NCBI GenBank assembly: GCA_965238305.1
Contig: CBDEHK010000001.1
Span: 449,355 to 513,354 of the forward strand
DNA from: Alphaproteobacteria bacterium
Lineage (GTDB): Bacteria; Pseudomonadota; Alphaproteobacteria; GCA-2731375
DNA length: 64,000 nt
Direction: 5' to 3'
Position 1 is the stretch's first letter; every line of letters starts with the position of its first letter. This document shows, one piece after another, positions 1 through 10,523 of the stretch. Both the position numbers and the translations under genes were made by a program. The notes below the pieces were generated by a model. That model was not told where the DNA came from. It saw nothing but the letters and a program-made list of their open reading frames with translations, and did not search any database.

Positions 1-831
1 TATGGGGCGCAGCGACTTGCGGCGCCAAAGCGGCCGCGTCAAAGTCATGGATCGCCTGATAGTCGGCGTTTTCGTCGCCGCGCCAAACTTTTTTGTCGCT
101 TAGATCACCGCCGTGGCTTTCCAGATAATCGATGGTGATGTCATCAGCGGCAATGATCCCGGTCTGCGCGCCGAGTTCGGCCGCCAGATTGCACATGGTC
201 ATGCGTTCGGTATGGGAAAGGGCGGTGACCGCTTCGCCGGCATATTCGACGACTTGATAAGCGCCGCCACCCAAGCCCATTTTTGCGCACGTCGCCAGCA
301 TCATATCTTTGGCGGCGACGCCGGCTGCAAGCTGGCTTGACCAGCGGATCAAAATCGTTCCCGGCACTTTGATCCAGGTTTCGCCGGTAACCAGAACGCC
401 GGCCATATCCGTGGCGCCGACGCCAAACATGAAACAGCCTGCCGCCCCACCGGTCGGTGAATGGCTATCGCCACCGACCACAAACATGCCGGGTTTCAGA
501 TAGGCATTTTCCTGAATAACGACATGGCAGATACCCTCCATATCGTGGAACTTCCGAACCCCGTTCGATCCCACCCATTTGCGGGTGAGATCCAGGATCG
601 CGGCGCTTTCGGCGTCGACGGCGGGCACATAATGGTCTGAGATCACAATAACCCGCTCAGGATCCCAAACATTTGCCTTAAGCTGCGCCAGGATCGGCGC
701 CACCCGTCGGGGTCCACCCGAATCATGCATCATCGCCAGATCGACCCGACAGGTCACGATCTCACCGGGCGCGACGGCGTCTCTACCGGCAGCGCGTGCG
801 ATGATCTTTTCAGCCAGCGTTTGTGGCACCC
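1..831 (-). CDS. Partial (3'-truncated in window) aconitase-family dehydratase large subunit, 3-isopropylmalate dehydratase LeuC-like
   Basis: Reverse-strand translation gives ...VPQTLAEKIIARAAGRDAVAPGEIVTCRVDLAMMHDSGGPRR...EGICHVVIQENAYLKPGMFVVGGDSHSPTGGAAGCFMFGVGATDMAGVLVTGETW... The GICHQV-like and GGDSHT-like motifs are typical of the LeuC/aconitase family. A GTG start near 829-831 is preceded by a G-rich stretch; the gene runs off the window edge. Confidence 0.6.
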
Positions 832-880
832 TCAAAGCCCCTTTATACAGAGGAAACAGAAATCGGAACGTAATTAGATA

Positions 881-1807
881 TTACAGCAATGAATTTGCCT
901 GTCTATCGCCCGCACCATCGAAGATAAAAGGATCAAGGCTGTTCCGGAAATGATGCACAAAATCCTGCAGCAGCAGAGATTGCGGATGGTATTTCGGATA
1001 CAGCAAGTCGAGGCGGAATGGCAGATCAGGCTTGAACGGGCGAATAACAAGTCCATCTCCGACATATTCGGCAGCGTCAATGGAGCTGACGACCGCGGCA
1101 CCGACGCCTTTCGCGGCCAACAAACAAGCGGTCGCAAATTGCCGGGCTTCGATGCGTTGATTAAGGGTGACGCTAGCGCTGTCGAAGGCGCGCTTTAAGG
1201 CATGATAAAAGACGTTGTCCCGGTCCGGCGTAATCATCGGGACCCCGTCCAGGTCCTGCGCACTAATGCTGTTGCGGGCGACCAGGGGATGATCCGAGGC
1301 CAGCACACAGACGGTGCGAATATCGATCGATTCGTGATTAATCGCACTATGACCGTCGAATTCATCGGCGATGCCGACATCATATTGCTGCGCCGCAATC
1401 CATTCGCGAACACGCGTCGAACTTCTGGTCTGAAAGGACATGGTCACTTGCGGGCGTTCGCGCAGAAATTCCGCCACCACATCCGGCAGCAAAGATGTCG
1501 CAAATCCAGGCAAGCAAGCGATGCGTAAATGCCCGGCCTTCTGGTTTCGGATATCGTCCGAGAGCTGAGAGATATGTTCCAAATTGGCGATCGCCCGCTC
1601 CACCTCATTGAACAAAAAATCCGCTTCCACCGTTGGCAACAAGCGGCCATGGCGGCGATCGAACAGTTGAAACTCCACCGATTGCTCAAGATTTGAGATC
1701 AAGCGGCTGACCGCCGGTTGGGATATATTCAACATCCCGGCGGCAGCGGTGGCGCCGCCTGTGATCATCACGGCGCGAAAAGCTTCTAATTGGCGTAATC
1801 GGATCAC
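881..1807 (-). CDS. LysR-family transcriptional regulator
   Basis: N-terminal HTH IRLRQLEAFRAVMITGGATAAAGMLNISQPAVSRLISNLEQ; a GTG start lies 7 nt after an AAGGAGG RBS; the longer ORF start at 1903 is probably an over-extension. Confidence 0.8.
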   Translation of the reverse strand: MIRLRQLEAFRAVMITGGATAAAGMLNISQPAVSRLISNLEQSVEFQLFDRRHGRLLPTVEADFLFNEVERAIANLEHISQLSDDIRNQKAGHLRIACLPGFATSLLPDVVAEFLRERPQVTMSFQTRSSTRVREWIAAQQYDVGIADEFDGHSAINHESIDIRTVCVLASDHPLVARNSISAQDLDGVPMITPDRDNVFYHALKRAFDSASVTLNQRIEARQFATACLLAAKGVGAAVVSSIDAAEYVGDGLVIRPFKPDLPFRLDLLYPKYHPQSLLLQDFVHHFRNSLDPFIFDGAGDRQANSLL

Positions 1808-2070
1808 CTCTAGTCCCTCCTTCGAACGGTCACGCGGGAACTTACTTGAACTTTCTCCATAACATAAGGTTATGTAGGCATTCAATAATTGTATTAGACA
1901 CAATAGGTTTTTCGAAAGACCATGTAAACATAATGAAATCGTACAATTGGGGGCTCGAGGTCTGTTATACCTCCGGCCAATTCTAAGCGACGTGAATGAA
2001 TGATTTGCTGGTCGTTAGGATCCAACAAAAAGACGAACAACGAAATACTTCAACTCTGAGGGAGATGAGA

Positions 2071-3384
2071 ATGTCCAATTTAAGAATATTTGCCGCCGGC
2101 GCGGCGATTGCCACGATAGCTGGCTGGGCCAGCCTGGCATCAGCAGCGAGCGAAGTGCAATGGTGGCACGCCATGGGCGGTACCAATGGCGAGCGGGTCA
2201 ACAAAATTGCGGCGGACTTTAACGCCACCCAATCCGACTATAAAGTGGTCCCGACGTTTAAGGGCAACTATACCGACACCATGACAGCGGCGATTGCGGC
2301 TTTCCGGGCGAAGAAACAGCCCCATATCGTGCAAGTTTTTGAAGTTGGCACCGCCACCATGATGGCGGCTAAGGGCGCGATTTATCCTGTTGAACAGGTA
2401 ATGGCTGACGCCAATGAACCGTTCGACAAGTCAACCTTTCTGCCAGCAGTGATCAGTTATTATCAAACTTCCAAAGGCGAACTGTTGTCGATGCCGTTTA
2501 ACAGCTCGACACCCGTGCTTTGGTATAACAAGGATGCGTTCGCGAAAGCCGGCGTCTCCTCTGTTCCGAAAACCTGGGGGGAAATGAAGACGGCCTCCGA
2601 AAAACTTGTCGCCGCGGGCTATAAATGCGGCTTCTCTTTCGGATGGCAGTCTTGGGTGATGATCGAGAATTTTAGCGCCTGGCATAATATGGAAATGGGC
2701 ACCATGGAAAATGGCTTTGCCGGTATCGACACGAAATTCTCGTTCAACAACGATAAGGTCAAGATGCATTTGGCCAATTTGGCAAGCTGGTCGAAAGACA
2801 AGCTCTTTACTTATGGCGGTCGCCGCGGCGATAGTTTGTCCATGTTCACCAATGGTGAATGCGGCATGTGGATGAACTCCTCAGCTTATTACGGCAGCAT
2901 CAAGAAGCAGGCGAAATTCAATTTCGGCCAATCGATGCTGCCATATTATCCCGATCTCATTGCCAAGCCACAAAACTCCATCATCGGTGGCGCGACGCTT
3001 TGGGTTCTGAAGGGCGGCAGCAAGGACGAATATAAAGGCGTCGCCAAATTCATGACCTATTTGTCCTCCGCAGAAGTGCAGGCTTGGTGGCATCAAGAAA
3101 CTGGTTACGTGCCGATCACCACGCCGGCGTATGAATTGTCGAAGAAGCAAGGCTTCTACAATTCTAACCCAGGAACGGATACGGCGATCCAGCAACTTAG
3201 CCTGAACATACCGACGCCGAATTCCCGCGGCATTCGCTTTGGCAATTTTGTGCAGGTTCGCGATGTTATCAACGAAGAGATGGAAGCGATTTGGAGCGGT
3301 AAAAAAACCGCTGCGCAAGGTCTGGACGATGCCGCGGAGCGTGGCGACAAGTTGCTACGGAAATTTGAACGCGCGAATAAATAA
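2071..3384 (+). CDS. ugpB: sn-glycerol-3-phosphate ABC transporter substrate-binding protein
   Basis: Signal peptide MSNLRIFAAGAAIATIAGWASLASAA, then a family-1 solute-binding protein of about 435 aa; followed by ugpAEC. Confidence 0.85.
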   Translation: MSNLRIFAAGAAIATIAGWASLASAASEVQWWHAMGGTNGERVNKIAADFNATQSDYKVVPTFKGNYTDTMTAAIAAFRAKKQPHIVQVFEVGTATMMAAKGAIYPVEQVMADANEPFDKSTFLPAVISYYQTSKGELLSMPFNSSTPVLWYNKDAFAKAGVSSVPKTWGEMKTASEKLVAAGYKCGFSFGWQSWVMIENFSAWHNMEMGTMENGFAGIDTKFSFNNDKVKMHLANLASWSKDKLFTYGGRRGDSLSMFTNGECGMWMNSSAYYGSIKKQAKFNFGQSMLPYYPDLIAKPQNSIIGGATLWVLKGGSKDEYKGVAKFMTYLSSAEVQAWWHQETGYVPITTPAYELSKKQGFYNSNPGTDTAIQQLSLNIPTPNSRGIRFGNFVQVRDVINEEMEAIWSGKKTAAQGLDDAAERGDKLLRKFERANK

Positions 3385-3400
3385 CGCGCGATTGCTTGAG

Positions 3401-3450
3401 CCCGCCGGTCACCTGAAGCATGGGAATCCGGCGGGTTCCCCTTTTTATTT
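3401..3450 (+). terminator. Rho-independent terminator/attenuator between ugpB and ugpA
   Basis: Stem cccgccgg...ccggcggg followed by ttcccctttttattt. Confidence 0.5.
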
Positions 3451-3461
3451 GACTTAATGAA

Positions 3462-4343
3462 ATGCTAAAACGCGTCCATTTCGGGCCTTCCATTTTGCCG
3501 TTCTTGCTGGTGACGCCACAGATCGCGGTGACCATCGTATTTTTCATCTGGCCGGCCAGTCAGGCGCTTTATCAATCTCTCCTCATTCAAGATGCCTTTG
3601 GTCTCAGCACCGAATTTGTTTGGTTTGAAAATTTCCAATTGCTGTTCGAAGACGAGCATTATCTGGGGACGTTCGAGCGTACTTTGTTCTTCTCAGTTTG
3701 CGTCGCCGGTATTTCCATGGGCGTGGCGCTGGTGCTGGCGACGATGGCAGATCGAGTGATCAAGGGATCGTCGACCTATCGAACTTTTTTAATCTGGCCT
3801 TATGCGGTTGCCCCAGTGGTCGCCGGTGCCTTATGGGTTTTCATGTTCGATCCAACCCTGGGCATTTTTACCTACGGTCTGTCGATGATGGGTTATGAAT
3901 GGAACCACAAACTCAACGGCGGCGAAGCCATGACTTTGGTGATCGTTGCCGCCGCTTGGAAACAGATTGCCTACAATTTCCTATTTTTCCTGGCCGGCAT
4001 GCAATCAATTCCCCGGTCGTTGATCGAAGCCGCAGCGATTGATGGCGCTGGCCCGTTGCGGCGCTTTTGGACTATCGTCTTCCCATTGCTGTCACCAACG
4101 ACGTTTTTCCTGCTGGTGGTGAATGTCGTCTTCGCTTTCTTCGAAACTTTCGCCATCATCCACGCGGTCACCCAGGGTGGCCCGGCCAAGGCAACGGAAA
4201 TTCTGGTCTATAAAGTTTATAACGACGGTTTTGTCGGGCTTGATTTGGGCGGCTCTGCGGCGCAATCGGTGATCCTGATGGTCATCGTCATCATGCTGAC
4301 GGTGATCCAGTTCCGCTACGTCGAGAAGAAGGTCGAATACTAA
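3462..4343 (+). CDS. ugpA: sn-glycerol-3-phosphate ABC transporter permease
   Basis: Polytopic membrane protein with an EAAxIDGA-type ABC permease signature ([23 protein letters not shown]). Confidence 0.85.
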   Translation: MLKRVHFGPSILPFLLVTPQIAVTIVFFIWPASQALYQSLLIQDAFGLSTEFVWFENFQLLFEDEHYLGTFERTLFFSVCVAGISMGVALVLATMADRVIKGSSTYRTFLIWPYAVAPVVAGALWVFMFDPTLGIFTYGLSMMGYEWNHKLNGGEAMTLVIVAAAWKQIAYNFLFFLAGMQSIPRSLIEAAAIDGAGPLRRFWTIVFPLLSPTTFFLLVVNVVFAFFETFAIIHAVTQGGPAKATEILVYKVYNDGFVGLDLGGSAAQSVILMVIVIMLTVIQFRYVEKKVEY

Positions 4344-5191
4344 TGATCGAAAATCGACCCATTCTGACCCTGATCTCGCATATCACGCTCATTCTTGGCG
4401 TCATGTTGATTGCCTTCCCGATCTATATCACCTTTGTTGCGGCCACACACAACGACATCCGTATGGTGCAGGTCCCGCTGCCTTTGCTGCCGGGTGACCA
4501 GTTTTTCACTAATCTGGAAGCAACCTTAACCAAAGGCATCTCCGGCGCCAATAGCCAGGGAATCGCGTTGATGCTGATGAACAGTTTGGTCATGGCGATG
4601 ATGATCGCGGTCGGAAAAATCGCCATTTCATTGCTCTCGGCTTTCGCAATCGTTTATTTCCGCTTCCCCTTCCGGATGGGTTTTTTCTGGATGATATTCA
4701 TCACTTTGATGCTGCCGGTGGAAGTGCGAATTCTACCGACTTTCGAAGTGGTCGCCAATCTGGGGCTGTTGAACTCCTATCTGGGGCTAAGCTTGCCACT
4801 GATCGCGTCGGCCACGGCTACCTTCATGTTTCGGCAAACTTTCTTGACCATACCGGACGAATTGTTGGAAGCGGCACGGATCGATGGCGCCGGGCCGATG
4901 CGCTTCTTCTTTGATATCCTAATTCCGATGTCACGGACCAATATTGCTGCTTTGTTTGTCATTCTATTCATCTATGGCTGGAACCAATATCTCTGGCCGC
5001 TGCTGATCACCACCGACAAAGACATGTACACCGTGGTTATGGGCATCAAACAATTACTTGAAGCAGCCGAGCAGGCGCCGGAATGGAACATCATCATGAT
5101 GACAACCCTGCTGGCCATGCTGCCGCCGGTCTGTGTTGTCATCTTCATGCAAAAGCTGTTCGTCCAAGGTTTGACCGAGACGGAGAAGTAG
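4343..5191 (+). CDS. ugpE: sn-glycerol-3-phosphate ABC transporter permease
   Basis: Second permease; [21 protein letters not shown] signature; the start codon overlaps the ugpA stop (ATGA). Confidence 0.85.
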   Translation: MIENRPILTLISHITLILGVMLIAFPIYITFVAATHNDIRMVQVPLPLLPGDQFFTNLEATLTKGISGANSQGIALMLMNSLVMAMMIAVGKIAISLLSAFAIVYFRFPFRMGFFWMIFITLMLPVEVRILPTFEVVANLGLLNSYLGLSLPLIASATATFMFRQTFLTIPDELLEAARIDGAGPMRFFFDILIPMSRTNIAALFVILFIYGWNQYLWPLLITTDKDMYTVVMGIKQLLEAAEQAPEWNIIMMTTLLAMLPPVCVVIFMQKLFVQGLTETEK

Positions 5192-5201
5192 AAGGAAATC
5201 C

Positions 5202-6287
5202 ATGGCACAAGTGCAATTACAAGGGGTAAAGAAAGAATACCCAAACGGCTTCAAAGCGATCCATGGCATCGACGTGGATATCACCGATGGCGAATTCATG
5301 GTGCTGGTCGGACCGTCCGGCTGCGGCAAGTCGACATTGTTACGGATGATTGCCGGGCTTGAATCTATTTCCGAAGGCACGGCGAAAATCGGCGACCGGG
5401 TGGTCAATGATCTAGAACCTTCAGAGCGGGATATCGCCATGGTTTTCCAGAACTATGCCCTTTATCCGCATATGAGCGTCTATGCCAATATGGCCTATGG
5501 CCTCAAAATCAAGGGCTTGCCAAAAGAAGAGATCGCCAGCCGGGTCCGGAAAGCGAGCGACATTCTGGAGCTGACCGAAGAGCAACTGCAACGTAAACCT
5601 CGGCAACTCAGTGGCGGTCAGCGCCAACGAGTGGCCATGGGCCGCGCCATTGTGCGGGAACCAAGCGTCTTTCTATTTGACGAACCCTTGTCCAATCTGG
5701 ATGCTAAATTGCGAGTGCAAATGCGGGTCGAGATCAAACGCCTGCAGGAACGCCTGGGGATTACCAGCGTCTATGTCACCCATGACCAGGTCGAAGCCAT
5801 GACCCTTGGTCATCGTCTGATGGTGTTAAATGATGGCCGGGTGGAGCAGCTTGGCACGCCGATCGAACTCTACGAAAAACCCGCCTCGATATTTGTCGCC
5901 GGCTTCATCGGCTCGCCAGCCATGAACTTGATACCGGCACGGATTGATGACAGCGGTCAAAAGGTTAAGATCACGGACGGCGCCGAATTACCGATTGGCG
6001 ACGGTACCTTAGCCGATGCTGCAAATCGCCCGGTCATTTTGGGCATTCGGCCGGAGCATTTGGAACGTGCGCAGGATGGCAACGGTAATACCGAACTGGA
6101 TGTGACGCTGGTCGAGCATCTGGGTGCCGATACCTTGGTTCATGGCCATTTTGGCACTGATCAAACCGACCTTACCTGCCGCCTGGGCGGAATTCAAAAA
6201 ATCAAGACAGGGGACGCATTGTCATTACGGGTGACGCCGGACCATTTGCATCTTTTTGATCCTGAGAACGAGAGACGGCTGCTTTAA
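5202..6287 (+). CDS. ugpC: sn-glycerol-3-phosphate ABC transporter ATP-binding protein
   Basis: Walker A GPSGCGKST, ABC signature LSGGQRQRVAMGRA, Walker B VFLFDEPLSNLD, MalK-like C-terminal domain. Confidence 0.9.
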   Translation: MAQVQLQGVKKEYPNGFKAIHGIDVDITDGEFMVLVGPSGCGKSTLLRMIAGLESISEGTAKIGDRVVNDLEPSERDIAMVFQNYALYPHMSVYANMAYGLKIKGLPKEEIASRVRKASDILELTEEQLQRKPRQLSGGQRQRVAMGRAIVREPSVFLFDEPLSNLDAKLRVQMRVEIKRLQERLGITSVYVTHDQVEAMTLGHRLMVLNDGRVEQLGTPIELYEKPASIFVAGFIGSPAMNLIPARIDDSGQKVKITDGAELPIGDGTLADAANRPVILGIRPEHLERAQDGNGNTELDVTLVEHLGADTLVHGHFGTDQTDLTCRLGGIQKIKTGDALSLRVTPDHLHLFDPENERRLL

Positions 6288-6295
6288 AGCCAGTA

Positions 6296-7306
6296 ATGAT
6301 GACAAAAACCATTGCCCTATCAAGTCTGCTAATTGGAGTAATCGTGACGCAAATTATGGGATCGGCCGGTGCGGCCTTCAGTTTTGATTTGCAAGGCCAT
6401 CGCGGCGCCCGGGGATTGGCGCCGGAGAACACTTTGGTCGGCTTCGCCAAAGCCCTGGAGATCGGCGTCAGCACCCTAGAGCTTGACCTGGCGGTGACCA
6501 AGGACAATGTCGTGGTGGTGGTCCATAATCAGCATCTGGAACCGGAGTTGGTGCGTGATGCCGCCGGCAACTGGCTATCGGAAAGCGGCCCGGCAGTGCA
6601 TTCCCTTACCTTGGCGGCGCTCAAGCAATATGACGTCGGACGATTGGACCCAAAAACCCGTTATGGCCAACGCTATTCGACGCAAGCGCCGGCCGACGGC
6701 GCCCGGGTGCCAACATTGGCGGAAGTATTCGCGCTGGTCAATAAATCCGGCAATGACATCGTGCAATTCAATATCGAGACCAAGATTAATCCGGAAAAGC
6801 CTGACCTCTCGCCAAGCCCGCGCGACTTTGCGCAAGCGGTTCTGAAAGTGATCAAGGAATTCGGCTTCGAAAGTCGTGTCACCTTGCAATCGTTCGATTG
6901 GCGCATCTTACAGATCGTTCAAGAACTCGAACCGATAATTTCGACCTCTTATCTGACCGCCAGTCAGCGCTGGACCGATAATGTCAAGTTGGGCGAACCC
7001 GGACCGTCGCCGTGGCTTGCCGGCTTCGATATCGACAATTTTGGCGGCAGCATCCCACAGGCCGTAAAAACCGCCGGTGGCGCAATCTGGTCATCGTATC
7101 ATCGTGAAGTGACGGCAGAAAATGTACAGGCAGCGCATGATTTAGGATTGTTGGTCAAAGTTTGGACCGTAAACGACCGCAAACAAATGGAATATCTTAT
7201 CGATCTGAAGGTCGATGGCATCATCACCGATTATCCGGATGTCCTGCGTGACGTGATGGCGGCGCGCGGTATGCCCTTGCCACCGTCGACGCCCGTTAAA
7301 CCCTAA
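6296..7306 (+). CDS. glpQ: Periplasmic glycerophosphodiester phosphodiesterase (GlpQ/UgpQ family)
   Basis: Signal peptide; GDPD motif HRGARGLAPENTLVGF; encoded directly after ugpBAEC. Confidence 0.8.
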   Translation: MMTKTIALSSLLIGVIVTQIMGSAGAAFSFDLQGHRGARGLAPENTLVGFAKALEIGVSTLELDLAVTKDNVVVVVHNQHLEPELVRDAAGNWLSESGPAVHSLTLAALKQYDVGRLDPKTRYGQRYSTQAPADGARVPTLAEVFALVNKSGNDIVQFNIETKINPEKPDLSPSPRDFAQAVLKVIKEFGFESRVTLQSFDWRILQIVQELEPIISTSYLTASQRWTDNVKLGEPGPSPWLAGFDIDNFGGSIPQAVKTAGGAIWSSYHREVTAENVQAAHDLGLLVKVWTVNDRKQMEYLIDLKVDGIITDYPDVLRDVMAARGMPLPPSTPVKP

Positions 7307-8757
7307 CCGTGGCCTGATGGCAGCCATTCCGCTGCGTCGGAACCGAGCGCCGGAGAGGGCCGCGACCAACCGGGCTTCGTTTCCGAGAACTTGACAATTG
7401 GCGCCAGATGACGGATCGCGCCGTAGGCGGTATCCGATTCCATCTGCAACGCCAAACCCTCCGCCGGCGACAGGTCCATATCGGTTGCGGAAAAATCGAC
7501 TTTGCCTTGGCGATAAAGGAACATACCGGACTGGCACAGCGAAACTTTGACATGATAGCTGCCGCCTTCAGTCGCGCGGCGGGCCAAGGCCAGCAGAATG
7601 CCGTAAGCGCCCAAATAACCGGTGCTGTAATCACAGGCCGGCACTGGCAAAAGCGCCGGGCGATCGCTGCCATTGTCGTGACAGATCCCGATCATCGATT
7701 GCGCCACCTGCTCCCATCCGGCTCGATTTTGCAGCGGCCCATGTTCGCCAAAACAGCTGATTGAGGTATAGATCAGACCGGGACGCAAGGCCGCCAGCTC
7801 GCGCGGGCCGAAACCGCGGTTCTCCAACACGCCGGGGCGATAGCCTTGTGAGAAAACATCCGCCTGGCGCACTAAATTCTTCAGTTTTTCCGCTTCGCCC
7901 GGAATATCCAGATCCAGATAACAACTTCGTTTGCCATGGGACAAATCAATGACAAAGTTTTTGATCTGCGGCGTATGTTCGGCAGCAACCATTAACACAT
8001 CGCCACCATGCTCCGCCAGCGTCCGCGCCGCTACCGGTCCGGCCAGAATGCGGGTCAAGTCCAGCACCCGGACGCCGGCCAAAGGCGGGCCGTCGCTTGG
8101 CAAGGGTTCCGGGTCGCTATCGCCGATCTTCTCGATCTCGACCACCGGCTGCGCCGCTAACGCCTGACCGTGGGGGTGAGCCAGCCATTCGGCATTTTGG
8201 CGCACCATGCCACCGCAGGCTTTGGCTTCGGCAATGGTATCTTCCAGCGTTTGGGCGTCCCATTGGCGGACCGCTGCCGCAACGCTTTCTGGCGTGGCTT
8301 CACATTTGAGCACGCCGAGGACGCGGTTTTTAAGATGTTTAATACCAAAATGGGGCAGGAACCAGCGGTCATCCTTGGTCTGAAAGGGCTGCGTAATCAG
8401 ATAATTCGCGGCCGCAGCTGCAGAATTTCCCATCGGCTCATAAGTGCCATCGGTCTGACGGGCCTGCAGATAGGCGAAGCTGTTTAACGCCGCGGCAGCG
8501 GCACGCACGTCAATAGCGACTTTTTGCCGGCGGTCGGTTTTCAGTTGCCAAATGTCCGAGACCGCAACGCCGACAGCCGCCAAGATCGCGGCACCGGTTT
8601 CGGCGACTTTGAATTGTGTCGAATAAACCGGGTCCGCGCCTGAAATTTCGACGCCGGAAGGTTCCGCCCCATCGCGGATGGTCATGAGTTCTTGAAACGC
8701 CGCGTTCATGGCTGAGATATCTCCGTGTTCGTATTCTCGAATTTCGCCCGAGAGCAC
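7303..8757 (-). CDS. CoA-transferase family III (CaiB/BaiF)-like protein with about 215 aa N-terminal extension
   Basis: Family III signature LAGVRVLDLTRILAGPVAARTLAEHGGDVLMV, but positioned around residue 220 rather than at the N-terminus. Confidence 0.6.
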   Translation of the reverse strand: MLSGEIREYEHGDISAMNAAFQELMTIRDGAEPSGVEISGADPVYSTQFKVAETGAAILAAVGVAVSDIWQLKTDRRQKVAIDVRAAAAALNSFAYLQARQTDGTYEPMGNSAAAAANYLITQPFQTKDDRWFLPHFGIKHLKNRVLGVLKCEATPESVAAAVRQWDAQTLEDTIAEAKACGGMVRQNAEWLAHPHGQALAAQPVVEIEKIGDSDPEPLPSDGPPLAGVRVLDLTRILAGPVAARTLAEHGGDVLMVAAEHTPQIKNFVIDLSHGKRSCYLDLDIPGEAEKLKNLVRQADVFSQGYRPGVLENRGFGPRELAALRPGLIYTSISCFGEHGPLQNRAGWEQVAQSMIGICHDNGSDRPALLPVPACDYSTGYLGAYGILLALARRATEGGSYHVKVSLCQSGMFLYRQGKVDFSATDMDLSPAEGLALQMESDTAYGAIRHLAPIVKFSETKPGWSRPSPALGSDAAEWLPSGHG

Positions 8758-8769
8758 AAGTTTTACAAA

Positions 8770-9396
8770 TTAATTCCTAAGTTCATCAATAGATTTATTG
8801 ACCCAACAAATACGCCAATCGCCACCGCCCTGTTCGTTGGCGAGCCACGTCAATCGAGTGATCGACAAGGGGTCAATCTGGAAATTTAGCGCCGTCGCAG
8901 GCGCGATCGACAGGGCAAGGGCGAGGGCGGCGCGGATGGTCCCGGCATGGGCGACGCAGACGACCGGCCCCGAAAGCGTGGATTGCAAATTTTCGATTTC
9001 TCGTTGCACCCGTATAGTTAGGTCGCTAAAACTTTCACCGCCTGGCGGCGCCATATCTGCCGGCTGAGCCCAAAATTTACGACAATCTCGCACAGCCGGG
9101 TCATCATAAGAAAGGCCTTCCCATTCACCAAAATTTTGTTCGCTGAAAGCCGCATGGATAGATATTTTGCTCGTCCGCGCTGCTTTTGTCACCAAAGCGT
9201 CAGCAGTTTTGCGGCATCGAATGAGCGGACTGGTCAGCCAATTTTCGGCTGCCGGGAGAAATCTACGCACCCGCTGGATGGCGATATCATCTAGCGGAGG
9301 ATCAACATCCAGCGCCCCGCAGAATTGCCCGGTAAGGCCCGTCGGCACATGGCGTATCCACCACCAGTCGATAATTTTCGAATTCGTCTCTGTCAT
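8770..9396 (-). CDS. cobC: Histidine-phosphatase family protein, probable alpha-ribazole-5'-phosphate phosphatase
   Basis: WWIRHVPT (RHG-like) and VAHAGTIRAALALAL motifs of the phosphoglycerate-mutase-like fold; lies next to cobalamin genes. Confidence 0.65.
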   Translation of the reverse strand: MTETNSKIIDWWWIRHVPTGLTGQFCGALDVDPPLDDIAIQRVRRFLPAAENWLTSPLIRCRKTADALVTKAARTSKISIHAAFSEQNFGEWEGLSYDDPAVRDCRKFWAQPADMAPPGGESFSDLTIRVQREIENLQSTLSGPVVCVAHAGTIRAALALALSIAPATALNFQIDPLSITRLTWLANEQGGGDWRICWVNKSIDELRN

Positions 9397-9499
9397 TTCG
9401 GGATAACGCTAAATTTCGGTCAAAATTACGGGTCTGGGGCAAAATACCTGTTTGAACTTTGCCGATCACCTCAGTATGCTACCAAATAATCACAGGCTA

Positions 9500-9529
9500 T
9501 TCAGATGTCCAATCCGAAGTTCATCTGAA
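9500..9529. promoter_or_regulatory. Perfect palindrome TTCAGATG-N14-CATCTGAA upstream of cbtB (candidate operator)
   Basis: Read directly from the sequence; about 35 nt upstream of the cbtB start. Confidence 0.4.
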
Positions 9530-9564
9530 TACGATAACCCAATTGTAAGTTAGGAGAAACCGGC

Positions 9565-9750
9565 ATGGCGCAGTCTAATTCGGCGATACATTCAGATGTC
9601 GTTGCCAAGGACACCAGTAAGCTATTGCAAGCCGTTTCTGCCGCTTTGATCGGCATGGCGCTGTTTGCTGGCGTGGCTTTGTCCCACCCAAACGTCGTTC
9701 ACAATGCGGCTCATGATTCGCGTCATGGCATCGCGGTGCCGTGCCACTAA
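9565..9750 (+). CDS. cbtB: Cobalt transporter subunit CbtB
   Basis: 61 aa, a single TM segment (LIGMALFAGVALSH) and a His-rich C-terminus (HNAAHDSRHGIAVPCH), immediately followed by cbtA. Confidence 0.75.
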   Translation: MAQSNSAIHSDVVAKDTSKLLQAVSAALIGMALFAGVALSHPNVVHNAAHDSRHGIAVPCH

Positions 9751-9774
9751 AGCCGCTATTTTCTGGGCACATTT

Positions 9775-10513
9775 TATGAATTTCTTTTTACGGATAGTAT
9801 GTTCCGCCGGGATCGCGGGACTGCTGGCGGCTGTGCTTTTGACGGTATTGCAGACGACAAAAGTTTATCCGTTGATCTTAGCGGCGGAGGTTTATGAGAA
9901 CGACAACGCCGCCACTACGGGCGTCAGCCAGCATGAGCATAAAACAAATGACGCGGCGGTCGAAAATCACCACGACGAAGATAGTTGGGCGCCGGCTGAT
10001 GGGCTCGAGCGATTGTTATTTTCATTCTTTTCCAATGCCTTATTGAGCGTCGGCCTCGCATTGGTTTTGGTCGCGATCTTTGCCCTACGTGGCGTCTCGA
10101 ATTGGCGGCATGGCCTGATCTGGGGCATTGGTGGTTTTGTCGCTGTGCAATTGGCCCCGTCGCTGGGCCTGCCACCAGAACTTCCAGGCTTGCCGGCAGC
10201 GGATATTATGGCCCGACAAGTATGGTGGGTGGGGACTGTATTCGCCACCGCCAGCGGTCTGGCGGCGATCTTTTTGACCGACAAATACTGGAGCCGTGCT
10301 GCCGGCGTTTTGCTCATTGCTGTACCGCACATTATTGGCGCGCCGCATCCAAGCGATATTGCTTCTTCGGTCCCGGCAAATCTTGCAGCTGAGTTCGTCA
10401 GCGCCAGTTTAGCCACAAACCTGGTTTTTTGGGTCGCTTTGGGGCTGCTTTGTGCAATCGTCCTGAAACAGTTCGAAGGACCTGAAGAGCGCAGCGATAG
10501 AACAGCGGCTTGA
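9775..10513 (+). CDS. cbtA: Cobalt transporter subunit CbtA
   Basis: About 246 aa multi-TM protein with a His/Asp-rich loop (HEHKTNDAAVENHHDEDSW); the cbtBA pair sits in the cob cluster. Confidence 0.75.
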
Positions 10514-10523
10514 CCGGACCGGT

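Noticed and set aside
9397-9564. Expected cobalamin riboswitch upstream of cbtBA
   Set aside because: I searched both strands for GCCACTG/CAGTGGC and the GGTGC...CCCGCAACTG core and found none; only the protein-operator-like palindrome is present.
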